From contig JAAZYM010000060.1 in the NCBI GenBank assembly GCA_014239655.1, forward strand, positions 2,023 to 66,022: DNA of 64,000 bases, read 5' to 3'. Shown here one piece after another: positions 10,441-19,896 of the stretch; position 1 is the stretch's first letter, and the number at the start of each line of letters is the position of its first letter. Under the pieces are notes generated by a model. It saw nothing but the letters and a program-made list of their open reading frames with translations. It had not been told where the DNA came from and ran no database searches. The position numbers and the translations under genes were made by a program. Source of the stretch: Flavobacteriales bacterium (GTDB lineage: Bacteria; Bacteroidota; Bacteroidia; Flavobacteriales; BACL11).

Positions 10441-11517
10441 TTATTTTGGAGCTAATTTTATCAAGATCAAAGCTATTATTGTAAATATAATATTTGGAAT
10501 CCATACTGCAATAACAGGAAGTAAATTACTATTTGTTGCAAAAGTTGTTGAGATTTGCATAAATAGAATATAGCCAAAGCTAAGAATTAATCCAATACTA
10601 AGAGGAACTCCTGCTCCGTTTCGTCTTCTTTTTGATCCAATTGAGACAGCAATTATTGTTAATATAATTGTAGAGAAAGGATTTGCTAATCTCTTGTGTT
10701 TTTCTATTTTATGGAAGATTATCTGTGCTGTCCCTTTTATCTCTTCTTGTTTTATAAATCGATTTAGTTCTATCATATCCATTGTTTCAACTAGGTTCGT
10801 GTTTTTAGAAAAGTCTATTGGTTTCAGATTGATTAGTGTGTCTAAATTTTTTCCTTTAATTATTTTTTCATCTTTCTCATTATAGATTCGAATAAAGTAA
10901 TCTTTAATATTCCACTTATTATTTGTTGTGTCAAATTGGATGTAATTTGCACTAAGTTTAGATTGTAGGATGTTATTATGAAAGTTTTCGAGTGTAAATT
11001 TATAACCAATATCTTTAGCTTTATTATAACTTTCTACATATATGTATTGGTCCTGTTTTATTTGTAAGTGTATATTTTTAACTCTTTGATTTTTTCTTTT
11101 TCTAAGATATTTTTTTTCAAAATCAATTCGTTCTTTGTTATTTTGAGGGATAATAAAATTACCTAGTACAAATGAAATTATTGCTAGAAAAGCGGCGGAG
11201 ATTATAAATGGTCTTAATAATCTTGAAAAACTCATACCACTATTTAGAATTGCAATTATCTCACTATTATTAGCCATTTTAGAGGTAAAATATATGACCG
11301 AGATAAATATAAATAATGGGCTAAAGAGATTGATAAAATATGGGATGAAGTTAAGGTAATAGTCAAAAATTATCTTGTTTAATTCTACATCACTTCTAAG
11401 AAAGTCATCAATTTTTTCAGAAATATCAAAAACAATAACAATTAATAATATAAGAGATATTGTAAAAAAGAATGTGCTTAAAAAATTCCTAATGATATAC
11501 CAGTCAAACTTCTTCAT
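10441..11517 (-). CDS. LptF/LptG family LPS export permease
   Basis: 358 aa. N-terminus MKKFDWYIIRNFLSTFFFT is typical of YjgP/YjgQ permeases. It has three N-terminal TMs, a periplasmic beta-jellyroll-sized insert and three C-terminal TMs. Confidence 0.75.
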   Translation of the reverse strand: MKKFDWYIIRNFLSTFFFTISLILLIVIVFDISEKIDDFLRSDVELNKIIFDYYLNFIPYFINLFSPLFIFISVIYFTSKMANNSEIIAILNSGMSFSRLLRPFIISAAFLAIISFVLGNFIIPQNNKERIDFEKKYLRKRKNQRVKNIHLQIKQDQYIYVESYNKAKDIGYKFTLENFHNNILQSKLSANYIQFDTTNNKWNIKDYFIRIYNEKDEKIIKGKNLDTLINLKPIDFSKNTNLVETMDMIELNRFIKQEEIKGTAQIIFHKIEKHKRLANPFSTIILTIIAVSIGSKRRRNGAGVPLSIGLILSFGYILFMQISTTFATNSNLLPVIAVWIPNIIFTIIALILIKLAPK

Positions 11518-12647
11518 TATATTCTATTGTCTAGTTTTTTTACCATTTTGTTTTTCCAATTAGTAAAGGTGCCACTTTTTAGATGTTTTCTACTTTCTTC
11601 CATTAACCACATATAGAATCTTATATTGTGGAGAGTAGCAATTTGTTTGCCTAAAAGTTCATTATTTGTAAATAGATGTCTAAGATATGCTCTACTATAT
11701 TGTTTATCTACAAATGAAGTGCCATTTGGATCAATTTGAGAGAAATCTTTTTTCCATTTTTTGTTTTTAATATTTATTGTCCCCTCAGATGTAAATAACA
11801 TTCCATTCCGTGCATTTCTACTTGGCATCACACAATCAAACATATCTATTCCTAATGCAATATTTTCAAGTAAATTAGAGGGGGTTCCAACCCCCATAAG
11901 ATATCTAGGTTTTTCTTCAGGCAATATGTTACTTACTATCTCTGTCATTTCATACATTAAGTCATGTGGTTCTCCGACAGAGAGTCCACCTATAGCATAT
12001 CCATCTTGATTATAACTTATGATTTTTTCGGCAGATTCTTTTCTAAGATCTTTATATATGCTTCCTTGTACAATTGGGAAAAGAGATTGTGTGTGATTGT
12101 ACTTTTTATTTGTTATTTCAAATCTTTTGCAACATCTTTTAAGCCATCTATGGGTCATATGCATAGATTTTTTTGCATATTCATAATCACAAGGATAAGG
12201 TGTGCATTCATCAAATGCCATTATTATATCAGCCCCAATTATTCTTTTAATATCGATAGCATATTCTGGAGTGAAAAAATGTCTAGATCCATCTATATGT
12301 GATTGGAATTTCACGCCTTTTTCTGAGATTTTTCTAGTGTTTGATAGAGAGTATACTTGGTACCCTCCACTATCTGTTAGCATTGGTTTTTCCCAACCAA
12401 TAAATTTATGTAATCCCCCAGCGTCTTTAATTATATCAAGACCAGGTCTTAAATATAGATGATATGTGTTTCCTAGAATGATTTGTGCTTTTGTATCAGT
12501 ATTTAGTTCATTTTGGTGAACTCCTTTTACACTTCCAGATGTTGCAACAGGCATAAAGATAGGAGTCTCTATTTTCCCATGACTTGTTGTGATTTCACCT
12601 AGTCTTGCTTTAGATTTAGGGTCCTTTTGTTTTAAAATAAACTTCAT
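11517..12647 (-). CDS. tgt: Queuine tRNA-ribosyltransferase (tRNA-guanine transglycosylase)
   Basis: Diagnostic Tgt motifs are present: TPIFMPV, LTDSGGYQV, GLSVGE, and a Zn site (C-x-C-x2-C ... H pattern, here DCVMPSRNARNG and YLRHL). Confidence 0.92.
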   Translation of the reverse strand: MKFILKQKDPKSKARLGEITTSHGKIETPIFMPVATSGSVKGVHQNELNTDTKAQIILGNTYHLYLRPGLDIIKDAGGLHKFIGWEKPMLTDSGGYQVYSLSNTRKISEKGVKFQSHIDGSRHFFTPEYAIDIKRIIGADIIMAFDECTPYPCDYEYAKKSMHMTHRWLKRCCKRFEITNKKYNHTQSLFPIVQGSIYKDLRKESAEKIISYNQDGYAIGGLSVGEPHDLMYEMTEIVSNILPEEKPRYLMGVGTPSNLLENIALGIDMFDCVMPSRNARNGMLFTSEGTINIKNKKWKKDFSQIDPNGTSFVDKQYSRAYLRHLFTNNELLGKQIATLHNIRFYMWLMEESRKHLKSGTFTNWKNKMVKKLDNRI

Positions 12648-12714
12648 ATCAACAAAAGTAACCTAATTTGACATTTGCTTATATTTTAATAGTATAAATC
12701 TAGTGAGATATTAT

Positions 12715-12722
12715 TACTTTTG
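12715..12722 (+). promoter_or_regulatory. Bacteroidota-type -7 promoter box (TACTTTTG = TAnnTTTG) in front of rnpB
   Basis: Exact match to TAnnTTTG, ending 5 nt before the predicted 5' end of the RNase P RNA P1 stem (12727). No well-spaced -33 TTTG was seen. Such motifs occur by chance in AT-rich DNA. Confidence 0.35.
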
Positions 12723-12726
12723 TTTT

Positions 12727-13023
12727 AGTAATTACTGATGCTATCGCTTCATTTATGAAGAGGAAAGTCCGGACACTAAAGAGTAACATAGCGGATAACA
12801 TCCGTCCAGTGTAAACTGAGGACAAGTGCAACAGAAAGAATGTACAGTTAGGCTGTAGTGAAATCATGTAAACTCTATGTGGTGCAATGCCATGTATACC
12901 AGGATTAAAGGATTACTCGTCTTTTCTTGGGGGGTAGGCAGCTTGACATAAAAGGTAACTTTTATGCTAGATAAATGATAGCACCTTTGATAAGGAACAG
13001 AATCCGGCTTATGTGTAATTACT
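12727..13023 (+). ncRNA. rnpB: RNase P RNA, bacterial type A (compact, about 297 nt)
   Basis: Universally conserved P4 halves are present: GAGGAAAGTCCGGAC (5') and ACAGAATCCGGCTTA (3'). P1 is closed by AGTAATTAC / GTAATTACT, and P2 by GCTATC / GATAGC. Followed directly by an intrinsic terminator. Confidence 0.9.
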
Positions 13024-13030
13024 ATTTTAA

Positions 13031-13057
13031 GCCGACACTTAGGTGTCGGCTTTTTTT
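13031..13057 (+). terminator. Rho-independent terminator after rnpB
   Basis: Perfect 8-bp GC-rich stem GCCGACAC/GTGTCGGC with loop TTAG, followed by T7. Confidence 0.75.
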
Positions 13058-13068
13058 ATATTTGTTAT

Positions 13069-13986
13069 ATGAATAGGTTTTTTCTTTTTTCTTTCTTTTT
13101 AATATGCATGTCTTCTAATGCTCAAGACACTCTTCTTCCAATGGTACAATTAGATGATGTGCTTATATCTGAAGAAAATAATGGTTTTTCAGTTGCAGAC
13201 TTTATAGGATATGTTAAAAAAGACACTACTTTTTATCTTGGCTTTAAACATTTAAGGTATTATCAGCATAAGTATTCTAGTGAATTAAATATTTATAATA
13301 AAAAAAACATTAAGATTGGTAGTTTAAATAGAATTGGACAACATTTTTCACAAGATAATAAAGCCTGGGTTTTAGATGATTCTACATATTTTTCTGGAAA
13401 GATATATAAGAGAAATGGGGATTATAAATATTATACGACAGAGGCATTTGATGAAGTTTTTTTCCCTGAGGACACTATAGATGTTTCTTTAGAAATTAGT
13501 GAAGAGAAAGGAAATGATGAGAGTCAAAATATGAGAGATGCAAAAACTATTGGTTTCTCAATAGGAACAGATAATGTTGAACAATCAAAAGGAGGAGCGA
13601 GTAAGAAACTTGCAATTTTTGATATTGACATGCAGAAATATTATGATTATATAATTGGAGACACAACATATAATAATATTCCATGCTATGTTTTTACTGT
13701 TAGAGTAAAGGAAGGTCTAAATAAAAATCAGAAAGGAAAAGCTTTAATAAGGAAAGTGTTGTCATATTTTGATAAGTCAAATTTTAATGTTGTCTATAGA
13801 GAGTATAAGTTTGTTTATAGTAATTGGTTAATAAGCTTAGACATGGATGTTGTTGTTTCCCTAGATTATGTGAATAATATACATGTTCCAACTTATATTA
13901 GTTATTCTGGTTTTTGGAAAGTCTTGTTTTTTAAAAAAGAACGAGCAAATTTTAGATTAAAACTCTTTGATTATCAAATCAAATAA
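13069..13986 (+). CDS. Secreted hypothetical protein
   Basis: 305-aa ORF with signal peptide MNRFFLFSFFLICMSSNAQ. No motif recognised. Confidence 0.5.
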   Translation: MNRFFLFSFFLICMSSNAQDTLLPMVQLDDVLISEENNGFSVADFIGYVKKDTTFYLGFKHLRYYQHKYSSELNIYNKKNIKIGSLNRIGQHFSQDNKAWVLDDSTYFSGKIYKRNGDYKYYTTEAFDEVFFPEDTIDVSLEISEEKGNDESQNMRDAKTIGFSIGTDNVEQSKGGASKKLAIFDIDMQKYYDYIIGDTTYNNIPCYVFTVRVKEGLNKNQKGKALIRKVLSYFDKSNFNVVYREYKFVYSNWLISLDMDVVVSLDYVNNIHVPTYISYSGFWKVLFFKKERANFRLKLFDYQIK

Positions 13987-14021
13987 GTTAATTAATTTAC
14001 AGAAAATAATTATAAAAATGT

Positions 14022-14051
14022 TTTGAATTAAGTAAAAACAGATTAAATTTG
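14022..14051 (+). promoter_or_regulatory. Bacteroidota sigma-A type promoter for rpmH (-33 TTTG, -7 TAAATTTG)
   Basis: TTTG at 14022-14025 and an exact TAnnTTTG at 14044-14051, separated by 18 nt. The rpmH ATG lies 29 nt downstream. Confidence 0.4.
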
Positions 14052-14079
14052 CTGCCAGAAATAGATTAAATTAGAAATT

Positions 14080-14238
14080 ATGCCAAAAAGAACGTTTCAG
14101 CCATCAAATAGAAAAAGAAAAAACAAGCATGGTTTTATGGATAGAATGTCTTCATCTGATGGTCAAAGAGTTATTTCAAGAAGAAGATCAAAAGGAAGAA
14201 AGAGGTTGACTGTGTCTGACGAAATTGGTCATAAATAA
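14080..14238 (+). CDS. rpmH: 50S ribosomal protein L34
   Basis: Not in the ORF track (52 aa). My translation is [52 protein letters not shown]. It carries the canonical L34 pattern MKRT(F/Y)QPS..(K/R)R...HGF..RM....G..V...RR.KGRK.L. Confidence 0.9.
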   Translation: MPKRTFQPSNRKRKNKHGFMDRMSSSDGQRVISRRRSKGRKRLTVSDEIGHK

Positions 14239-14260
14239 ATTGATCTTAAATTAAAATATA

Positions 14261-14287
14261 AGTGTTGCATTGCAACACTTTTTTTTT
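14261..14287 (+). terminator. Rho-independent terminator after rpmH
   Basis: Palindrome AGTGTTGCA-T-TGCAACACT followed by a T8 run. Confidence 0.7.
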
Positions 14288-14366
14288 GATTTTTTTGAAA
14301 AGTTATGAATTAGTAAAAGCGTTCCAATTAACAAAAAATGTAAATTCGCAATAATCAAAAATATAT

Positions 14367-17213
14367 ATGCCAAAAAATAATTCAATTAAATCAATCCTAA
14401 TCATAGGAAGTGGGCCAATTGTTATTGGACAAGCTTGTGAATTTGATTATTCTGGTTCTCAAGCCGCAAGATCACTCAGAGATGAAGGAATAGAGGTCTC
14501 TTTAATTAACTCAAATCCAGCAACAATAATGACTGATAAGGTTGTTGCTGATCATGTGTATTTAAAACCTTTAACTCTTCAGTCGATTATAGATATATTA
14601 GAAGAAAGAGATATAGACGCTGTTCTACCTACAATGGGTGGACAAACAGCTTTAAACTTATGTATTGATGTTGATGAAAAAGGGATTTGGAAGAAGTATA
14701 ATGTAGATATAATTGGTGTTGATATAGATGCTATACATATCACTGAGGATAGAGAGCAGTTTAGGAAGTTAATGAATAAAATTGATATCCCTGTAGCTCC
14801 AGCAAGAATTGCCACTTCTTTTTTACAAGGTAAGGAAATTGCTCAGGAATTAGGTTTTCCGTTAGTTATCAGACCATCTTTTACTCTCGGTGGGAGTGGA
14901 GCTTCATTTGTTCATACTAAAGAGGAATTTGAAGAATTATTATCAAAAGGATTACATGCATCACCTATTCATGAAGTTTTAATTGATCAGGCAGTTGTTG
15001 GATGGAAGGAGTATGAGTTAGAGTTATTAAGAGACGATAATGATAATGTTATTATTATTTGCAATATTGAAAATTTAGACCCAATGGGAATTCATACTGG
15101 AGATTCTATCACAATAGCACCAGCGATGACACTATCTGATTCTGTTTACCAGAGAATGAGAACTATGGCTATCAAGATGATGCGTTCTATTGGTGAGTTT
15201 GCAGGAGGGTGTAATGTTCAATTTGCTGTAAGTCCAGATGAGAATGAAGATATTATAGCTATTGAGATTAATCCAAGAGTATCTAGATCTTCAGCTTTAG
15301 CATCAAAGGCAACAGGATATCCGATTGCAAAGATTGCTTCTAAATTAGCAATTGGTTATACATTAGATGAGCTTAATAATCAGATTACAAAAAACACATC
15401 TGCATGTTTTGAGCCTACATTAGATTATGTTGTTATTAAGATTCCGAGATGGAATTTTGATAAATTTAAAGGTTCTGATACGACATTAGGTCTCCAAATG
15501 AAATCTGTTGGTGAAGTGATGGCAATTGGCAGGTCTTTTCAAGAAGCATTACAAAAAGGTTGTCAGTCTTTAGAAATAGGTCGTAATGGTTTAGGAGCTG
15601 ATGGGAAGGAAATTACAAATCAAGATGAGATTCTTAATAGATTGCAATATCCAAGTAGTGATAGAATTTTTAGAATATATGATGCATTTAGAATAGGGAT
15701 TCCAATTCAAAGGATACATGATATTACTAGAATTGATTTCTGGTTCTTACGTCAAATAGAGGAATTAGTTGTTTTAGAAAATGAAATTAAAAGATATTCT
15801 GTTGAATCAATTTCAAAAGATCTTCTCCTTGAAGCTAAAATTAAGGGTTTTGCTGATCGTCAGATAGCTCATCTACTTAGGTGTCTTGAGAGTAAAGTTT
15901 TTAATCTAAGGAATTCAATGAAAATTAATAGGGTATATAAATTGGTTGATACATGTGCTGCTGAATTTGTTGCTAAAACACCATATTATTATTCTACTTT
16001 CGAGATGGATAAAGAAGTAGATGGAGAAAGGTTTGCAGAAAACGAAAGTATATCCTCTAAAAAAGAGAAAATAATTGTTTTGGGTTCTGGACCAAATAGA
16101 ATAGGTCAAGGTATTGAATTTGATTATTCTTGTGTACATGGTGTTTTAGCCGCAAAAGAATGTGGTTATGAAACAATAATGATTAATTGTAATCCTGAAA
16201 CAGTTTCTACTGATAACGACACAGCAGATAAGTTATATTTTGAACCTGTCTTTTGGGAACATATATATGATATTATTCTTCATGAGAAACCACTTGGAGT
16301 AATTGTCCAGCTTGGTGGTCAAACAGCATTAAAGTTATCAGAGAAGCTAGAAAGATATGATATTAGAATTATGGGAACATCTTATAAAGCATTAGATGTT
16401 GCGGAAGATAGAGGAAGATTTTCTGAGATGTTGTTAGATAATAATATTCCATTCCCTGAGTTTGCTGTTGCTCAAACAGCTGAAGAAGCTATAAAAATAT
16501 CAAAAGATTTAAATTTTCCAATCCTTGTTAGGCCTTCATATGTTCTTGGAGGGCAAGGAATGAAAATTGTGATTAATGAAGATGAACTTGAACATCATAT
16601 TATTAATCTTCTAAAAGATATACCAGGAAATAGAGTCTTGCTTGATCATTATTTAGATAATGCAATAGAAGCTGAGGCTGATGCCATTTGCGATGGTAAG
16701 AATGTTCGAATTATTGGTATCATGGAACATATTGAACCTTGTGGAATACATTCTGGAGATTCATATGCAGTTTTACCCACTTTTGATTTAAGCGATAATG
16801 TTCGACAGCAAATAATCGATATAACAAATACAATAGCTGTTGCTTTAGAAACAGTAGGGCTAATTAACATTCAATTTGCTATTAAAGACGAGGTTGTATA
16901 CGTAATTGAAGCAAATCCAAGAGCTTCTAGAACAGTGCCGTTTATTGCTAAGGCATATGATGAGCCATATGTGAACTATGCTGCAAAAGTTATGTTAGGA
17001 CAAAATAAAGTTACGGATTTTGAGTTTAATCCAAGTAAAGGAGGATATGCTATAAAGGTACCTGTTTTTTCATTCAATAAATTTCCGAATGTAAATAAAG
17101 AATTAGGACCTGAAATGAAGTCTACTGGAGAAAGCATCTATTTTATAGATGATTTAATGGATGATTATTTTTTAAAAGTTTATTCTGAGAGAAATTTATA
17201 TCTAAGTAAATAA
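14367..17213 (+). CDS. carB: Carbamoyl-phosphate synthase large subunit (short form, 948 aa)
   Basis: Two ATP-grasp halves, each with a GSGP..IGQ..EFDYSG/C N-terminus, plus NPRVSRSSALASKATG and NPRASRTVPF motifs. The protein ends right after the second synthetase domain. Confidence 0.93.
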   Translation: MPKNNSIKSILIIGSGPIVIGQACEFDYSGSQAARSLRDEGIEVSLINSNPATIMTDKVVADHVYLKPLTLQSIIDILEERDIDAVLPTMGGQTALNLCIDVDEKGIWKKYNVDIIGVDIDAIHITEDREQFRKLMNKIDIPVAPARIATSFLQGKEIAQELGFPLVIRPSFTLGGSGASFVHTKEEFEELLSKGLHASPIHEVLIDQAVVGWKEYELELLRDDNDNVIIICNIENLDPMGIHTGDSITIAPAMTLSDSVYQRMRTMAIKMMRSIGEFAGGCNVQFAVSPDENEDIIAIEINPRVSRSSALASKATGYPIAKIASKLAIGYTLDELNNQITKNTSACFEPTLDYVVIKIPRWNFDKFKGSDTTLGLQMKSVGEVMAIGRSFQEALQKGCQSLEIGRNGLGADGKEITNQDEILNRLQYPSSDRIFRIYDAFRIGIPIQRIHDITRIDFWFLRQIEELVVLENEIKRYSVESISKDLLLEAKIKGFADRQIAHLLRCLESKVFNLRNSMKINRVYKLVDTCAAEFVAKTPYYYSTFEMDKEVDGERFAENESISSKKEKIIVLGSGPNRIGQGIEFDYSCVHGVLAAKECGYETIMINCNPETVSTDNDTADKLYFEPVFWEHIYDIILHEKPLGVIVQLGGQTALKLSEKLERYDIRIMGTSYKALDVAEDRGRFSEMLLDNNIPFPEFAVAQTAEEAIKISKDLNFPILVRPSYVLGGQGMKIVINEDELEHHIINLLKDIPGNRVLLDHYLDNAIEAEADAICDGKNVRIIGIMEHIEPCGIHSGDSYAVLPTFDLSDNVRQQIIDITNTIAVALETVGLINIQFAIKDEVVYVIEANPRASRTVPFIAKAYDEPYVNYAAKVMLGQNKVTDFEFNPSKGGYAIKVPVFSFNKFPNVNKELGPEMKSTGESIYFIDDLMDDYFLKVYSERNLYLSK

Positions 17214-17474
17214 ATGTTAATTGGTTTATTAAAGTTTTTATTTTGGTTCTTTGTAATTTCATATTTAATTAGGTTTTTAGGAAGAGTTTTTCTTCCTATC
17301 ATGTTAAAGAGATTTATAAATAAATCTTCAGAAAAGTTTAAACAGCAGTACGATAATATGGATACTCATAGTAATAATAAGGAGGGTGAAGTTACTATTG
17401 AAAGTAATAAAACATCTTCAGATTCTTCAAATGATGTTGGTGATTATGTAGATTTTGAAGAAGTTGATGAATAA
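17214..17474 (+). CDS. Small membrane protein with acidic tail (DUF4834-like)
   Basis: 86 aa. It has one N-terminal TM, then a polar linker and a C-terminal GDYVDFEEVDE motif, as in Bacteroidota DUF4834 proteins. The start abuts the carB stop (TAAATG). Confidence 0.6.
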   Translation: MLIGLLKFLFWFFVISYLIRFLGRVFLPIMLKRFINKSSEKFKQQYDNMDTHSNNKEGEVTIESNKTSSDSSNDVGDYVDFEEVDE

Positions 17475-17484
17475 ATAAAATATT

Positions 17485-19896
17485 ATGAATTATACAAATA
17501 TCAAGCCACACGCCATTATTATTTTACTTTTTATTTTAGTTTCATTTACATATTTCACACCACTTTTAGAAGGCAAACGTATAGATGGACATGATGTTAA
17601 AACCTGGATAGGTATGTCTAAGGAGCTTAAAGATTATAGAGAAAACACAGGTGAAGAAGCTTTGTGGACAAATTCTTTGTTTTCTGGGATGCCTGCTTAT
17701 CAAATTTCTGTAAAATACACTTCTAATTTAGTAAGATATATTGATAAAATTATTTCGTTAGGATTTCCAAGACCAGCTAGTCTCTTGTTTTTGTATCTTT
17801 TAGGGTTTTATTTTCTCTTAATTTCATTAAATATTGACTATAGAATTGCTGCTATTGGTGCTTTTGCTTTTGCATTTTCGTCCTACTTCTTTATTATTAT
17901 TCAAGCTGGTCATATGACTAAAGCTCATGCTTTAGCATATTTACCTATGGTAGTTGCATCTGTTTTATATACTTATAGAGGAAAAATTTTATTGGGTGGT
18001 GCATTGACTTCTTTAGCTGTTGCATTAGAGCTTTATGCAAATCATTATCAGATTACTTATTATCTAATACTTATTCTGTTAATTATAGGTTTTTCGCAGT
18101 TTTATAAGTGCTTTAAGGATAATAATTTGCCTTCTTTTTTTAAGCGAACAGGTGTTTTAATACTTGCTGCAATTCTAGCTGCAGGAACTTCATATACTAG
18201 GCTTAAAACTACAACAGATTATGGGAAAGAGACTACTAGAGGAAAATCTGAACTCACTAATAATTTAGATAATAAAACTAAGGGATTAGATAAAGATTAT
18301 GCTACTCAGTGGAGTTATGGTATTGCTGAATCTATGACTCTCTTAATTCCTAATTTTCATGGCGGAAGTAGTGTTAATAGTGTATTATCTCTAGAAGATT
18401 CTGAAACATTAGATTTCTTACGAAAATTTAAAAGCAGGAAATTAGCAAATGCTCTACAATATAAAGCAAGTTCTTATTGGGGAGAACAACCAATTGTTTC
18501 TGGACCTACATATGTAGGTGTAATCGTAATCTTTCTCTTTATTCTTGGTCTATTTTTAGTTAAATCTGAACTTAGAATATGGGTGCTATTAGCTACTATA
18601 ATGTCATTGATGCTTGCTTGGGGAAAGAATTTTATGCCATTAACAGAGTTCTTTTTAGATTATTTTCCTGGATATAATAAGTTTAGAGCTGTTTCAATGA
18701 TTTTAATAATTGCTGAATTTACTATTCCTCTTTTAGGTTTTGTTGCTTTAAATAGATTTTTAGATAAGAATAATGATTCTATAATTTCAAAGGAAAAGGT
18801 CTTGAAATATTCATTTTATATTACTGGAGGAGTAGTGCTTTTATTTGCTCTAACTCCTTCAATTTTTTTAGACTTTTTATCTGAAAAAGACATTTCTCCA
18901 ATAGCGACTGGAGTAAAAATCCCTAATGGTTTTTTAGATAGTCTAGCTTCTGATAGATCATCTTTATTAGTTGCAGATGCTTGGAGATCATTTATGTTTA
19001 TCTTATTAGCTTTTGGTGTTCTGATGTTATACTTAAAAGAGAAAATAAAGAAACAATATGTAATTATTTTAATTGGAGCTTTAGTTGTTTCTGATATGTG
19101 GAATATTAACAAACGTTATCTGAATGATGATAGTTTTGTAAGGAAAAACAAAATTAAGGTACCTTACAAACCGACACAGGCTGATAATTTTATATTAAAA
19201 GATAAAGACCCTAACTTTAGAGTGTTTAATCAAAGTGTTAGTACATTTAATGATGCTAGCACATCTTATTTTCATAAGTCTATAGGTGGTTATCATGGTG
19301 CTAAACTAAAAAGATATCAAGAACTTATTGAATTTCATATATCTAAGGGAAATATGGATGTATTAAATATGTTAAACACCAAGTATTTTATTGCTCAGGA
19401 TCGCAGGGCTCAGTTAAATCCTACAGCCTTAGGGAATGCTTGGTTTGTAGAAAATGTTACTATTGTTAAAAATGCTGATGAAGAAATCACTGCGCTTGGA
19501 AATTTTGATCCTTCTAAAACTTTAATTGTTGATGAAAGATTTAGAGATAATTTGATTAAAATTAATGATTTTAATAATCTCTGTACAATAAAACTAGAAA
19601 CATATAAGCCTAACTATTTAAAATATAATTCGGATAATGAGAATGAGGGATTGGCAGTATTTTCAGAGATATATTATAAAGATGGTTGGAATGCTTATAT
19701 TGATGGTGTAAAATCAGATTATTTTAGAGTAAATTATGTGTTAAGAGGAATGAGTATTCCTGCTGGAAAGCATATCGTGGAATTTAAGTTTGAGCCATCA
19801 GTTTTTGTTAATGGTGAGAGAATATCATTGGCATCATCAATTATCTTACTTCTTATTTTATTTTTTGTTTCTTACAGGGAGTTGAAATTACAATGA
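17485..19896 (+). CDS. YfhO-like polytopic membrane protein (GT-C type glycosyltransferase candidate)
   Basis: 803 aa. About 12 N-terminal TMs, a large C-terminal extracytoplasmic domain and a final TM. The architecture, size and glycosyltransferase context fit the YfhO family. Confidence 0.65.
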   Translation: MNYTNIKPHAIIILLFILVSFTYFTPLLEGKRIDGHDVKTWIGMSKELKDYRENTGEEALWTNSLFSGMPAYQISVKYTSNLVRYIDKIISLGFPRPASLLFLYLLGFYFLLISLNIDYRIAAIGAFAFAFSSYFFIIIQAGHMTKAHALAYLPMVVASVLYTYRGKILLGGALTSLAVALELYANHYQITYYLILILLIIGFSQFYKCFKDNNLPSFFKRTGVLILAAILAAGTSYTRLKTTTDYGKETTRGKSELTNNLDNKTKGLDKDYATQWSYGIAESMTLLIPNFHGGSSVNSVLSLEDSETLDFLRKFKSRKLANALQYKASSYWGEQPIVSGPTYVGVIVIFLFILGLFLVKSELRIWVLLATIMSLMLAWGKNFMPLTEFFLDYFPGYNKFRAVSMILIIAEFTIPLLGFVALNRFLDKNNDSIISKEKVLKYSFYITGGVVLLFALTPSIFLDFLSEKDISPIATGVKIPNGFLDSLASDRSSLLVADAWRSFMFILLAFGVLMLYLKEKIKKQYVIILIGALVVSDMWNINKRYLNDDSFVRKNKIKVPYKPTQADNFILKDKDPNFRVFNQSVSTFNDASTSYFHKSIGGYHGAKLKRYQELIEFHISKGNMDVLNMLNTKYFIAQDRRAQLNPTALGNAWFVENVTIVKNADEEITALGNFDPSKTLIVDERFRDNLIKINDFNNLCTIKLETYKPNYLKYNSDNENEGLAVFSEIYYKDGWNAYIDGVKSDYFRVNYVLRGMSIPAGKHIVEFKFEPSVFVNGERISLASSIILLLILFFVSYRELKLQ

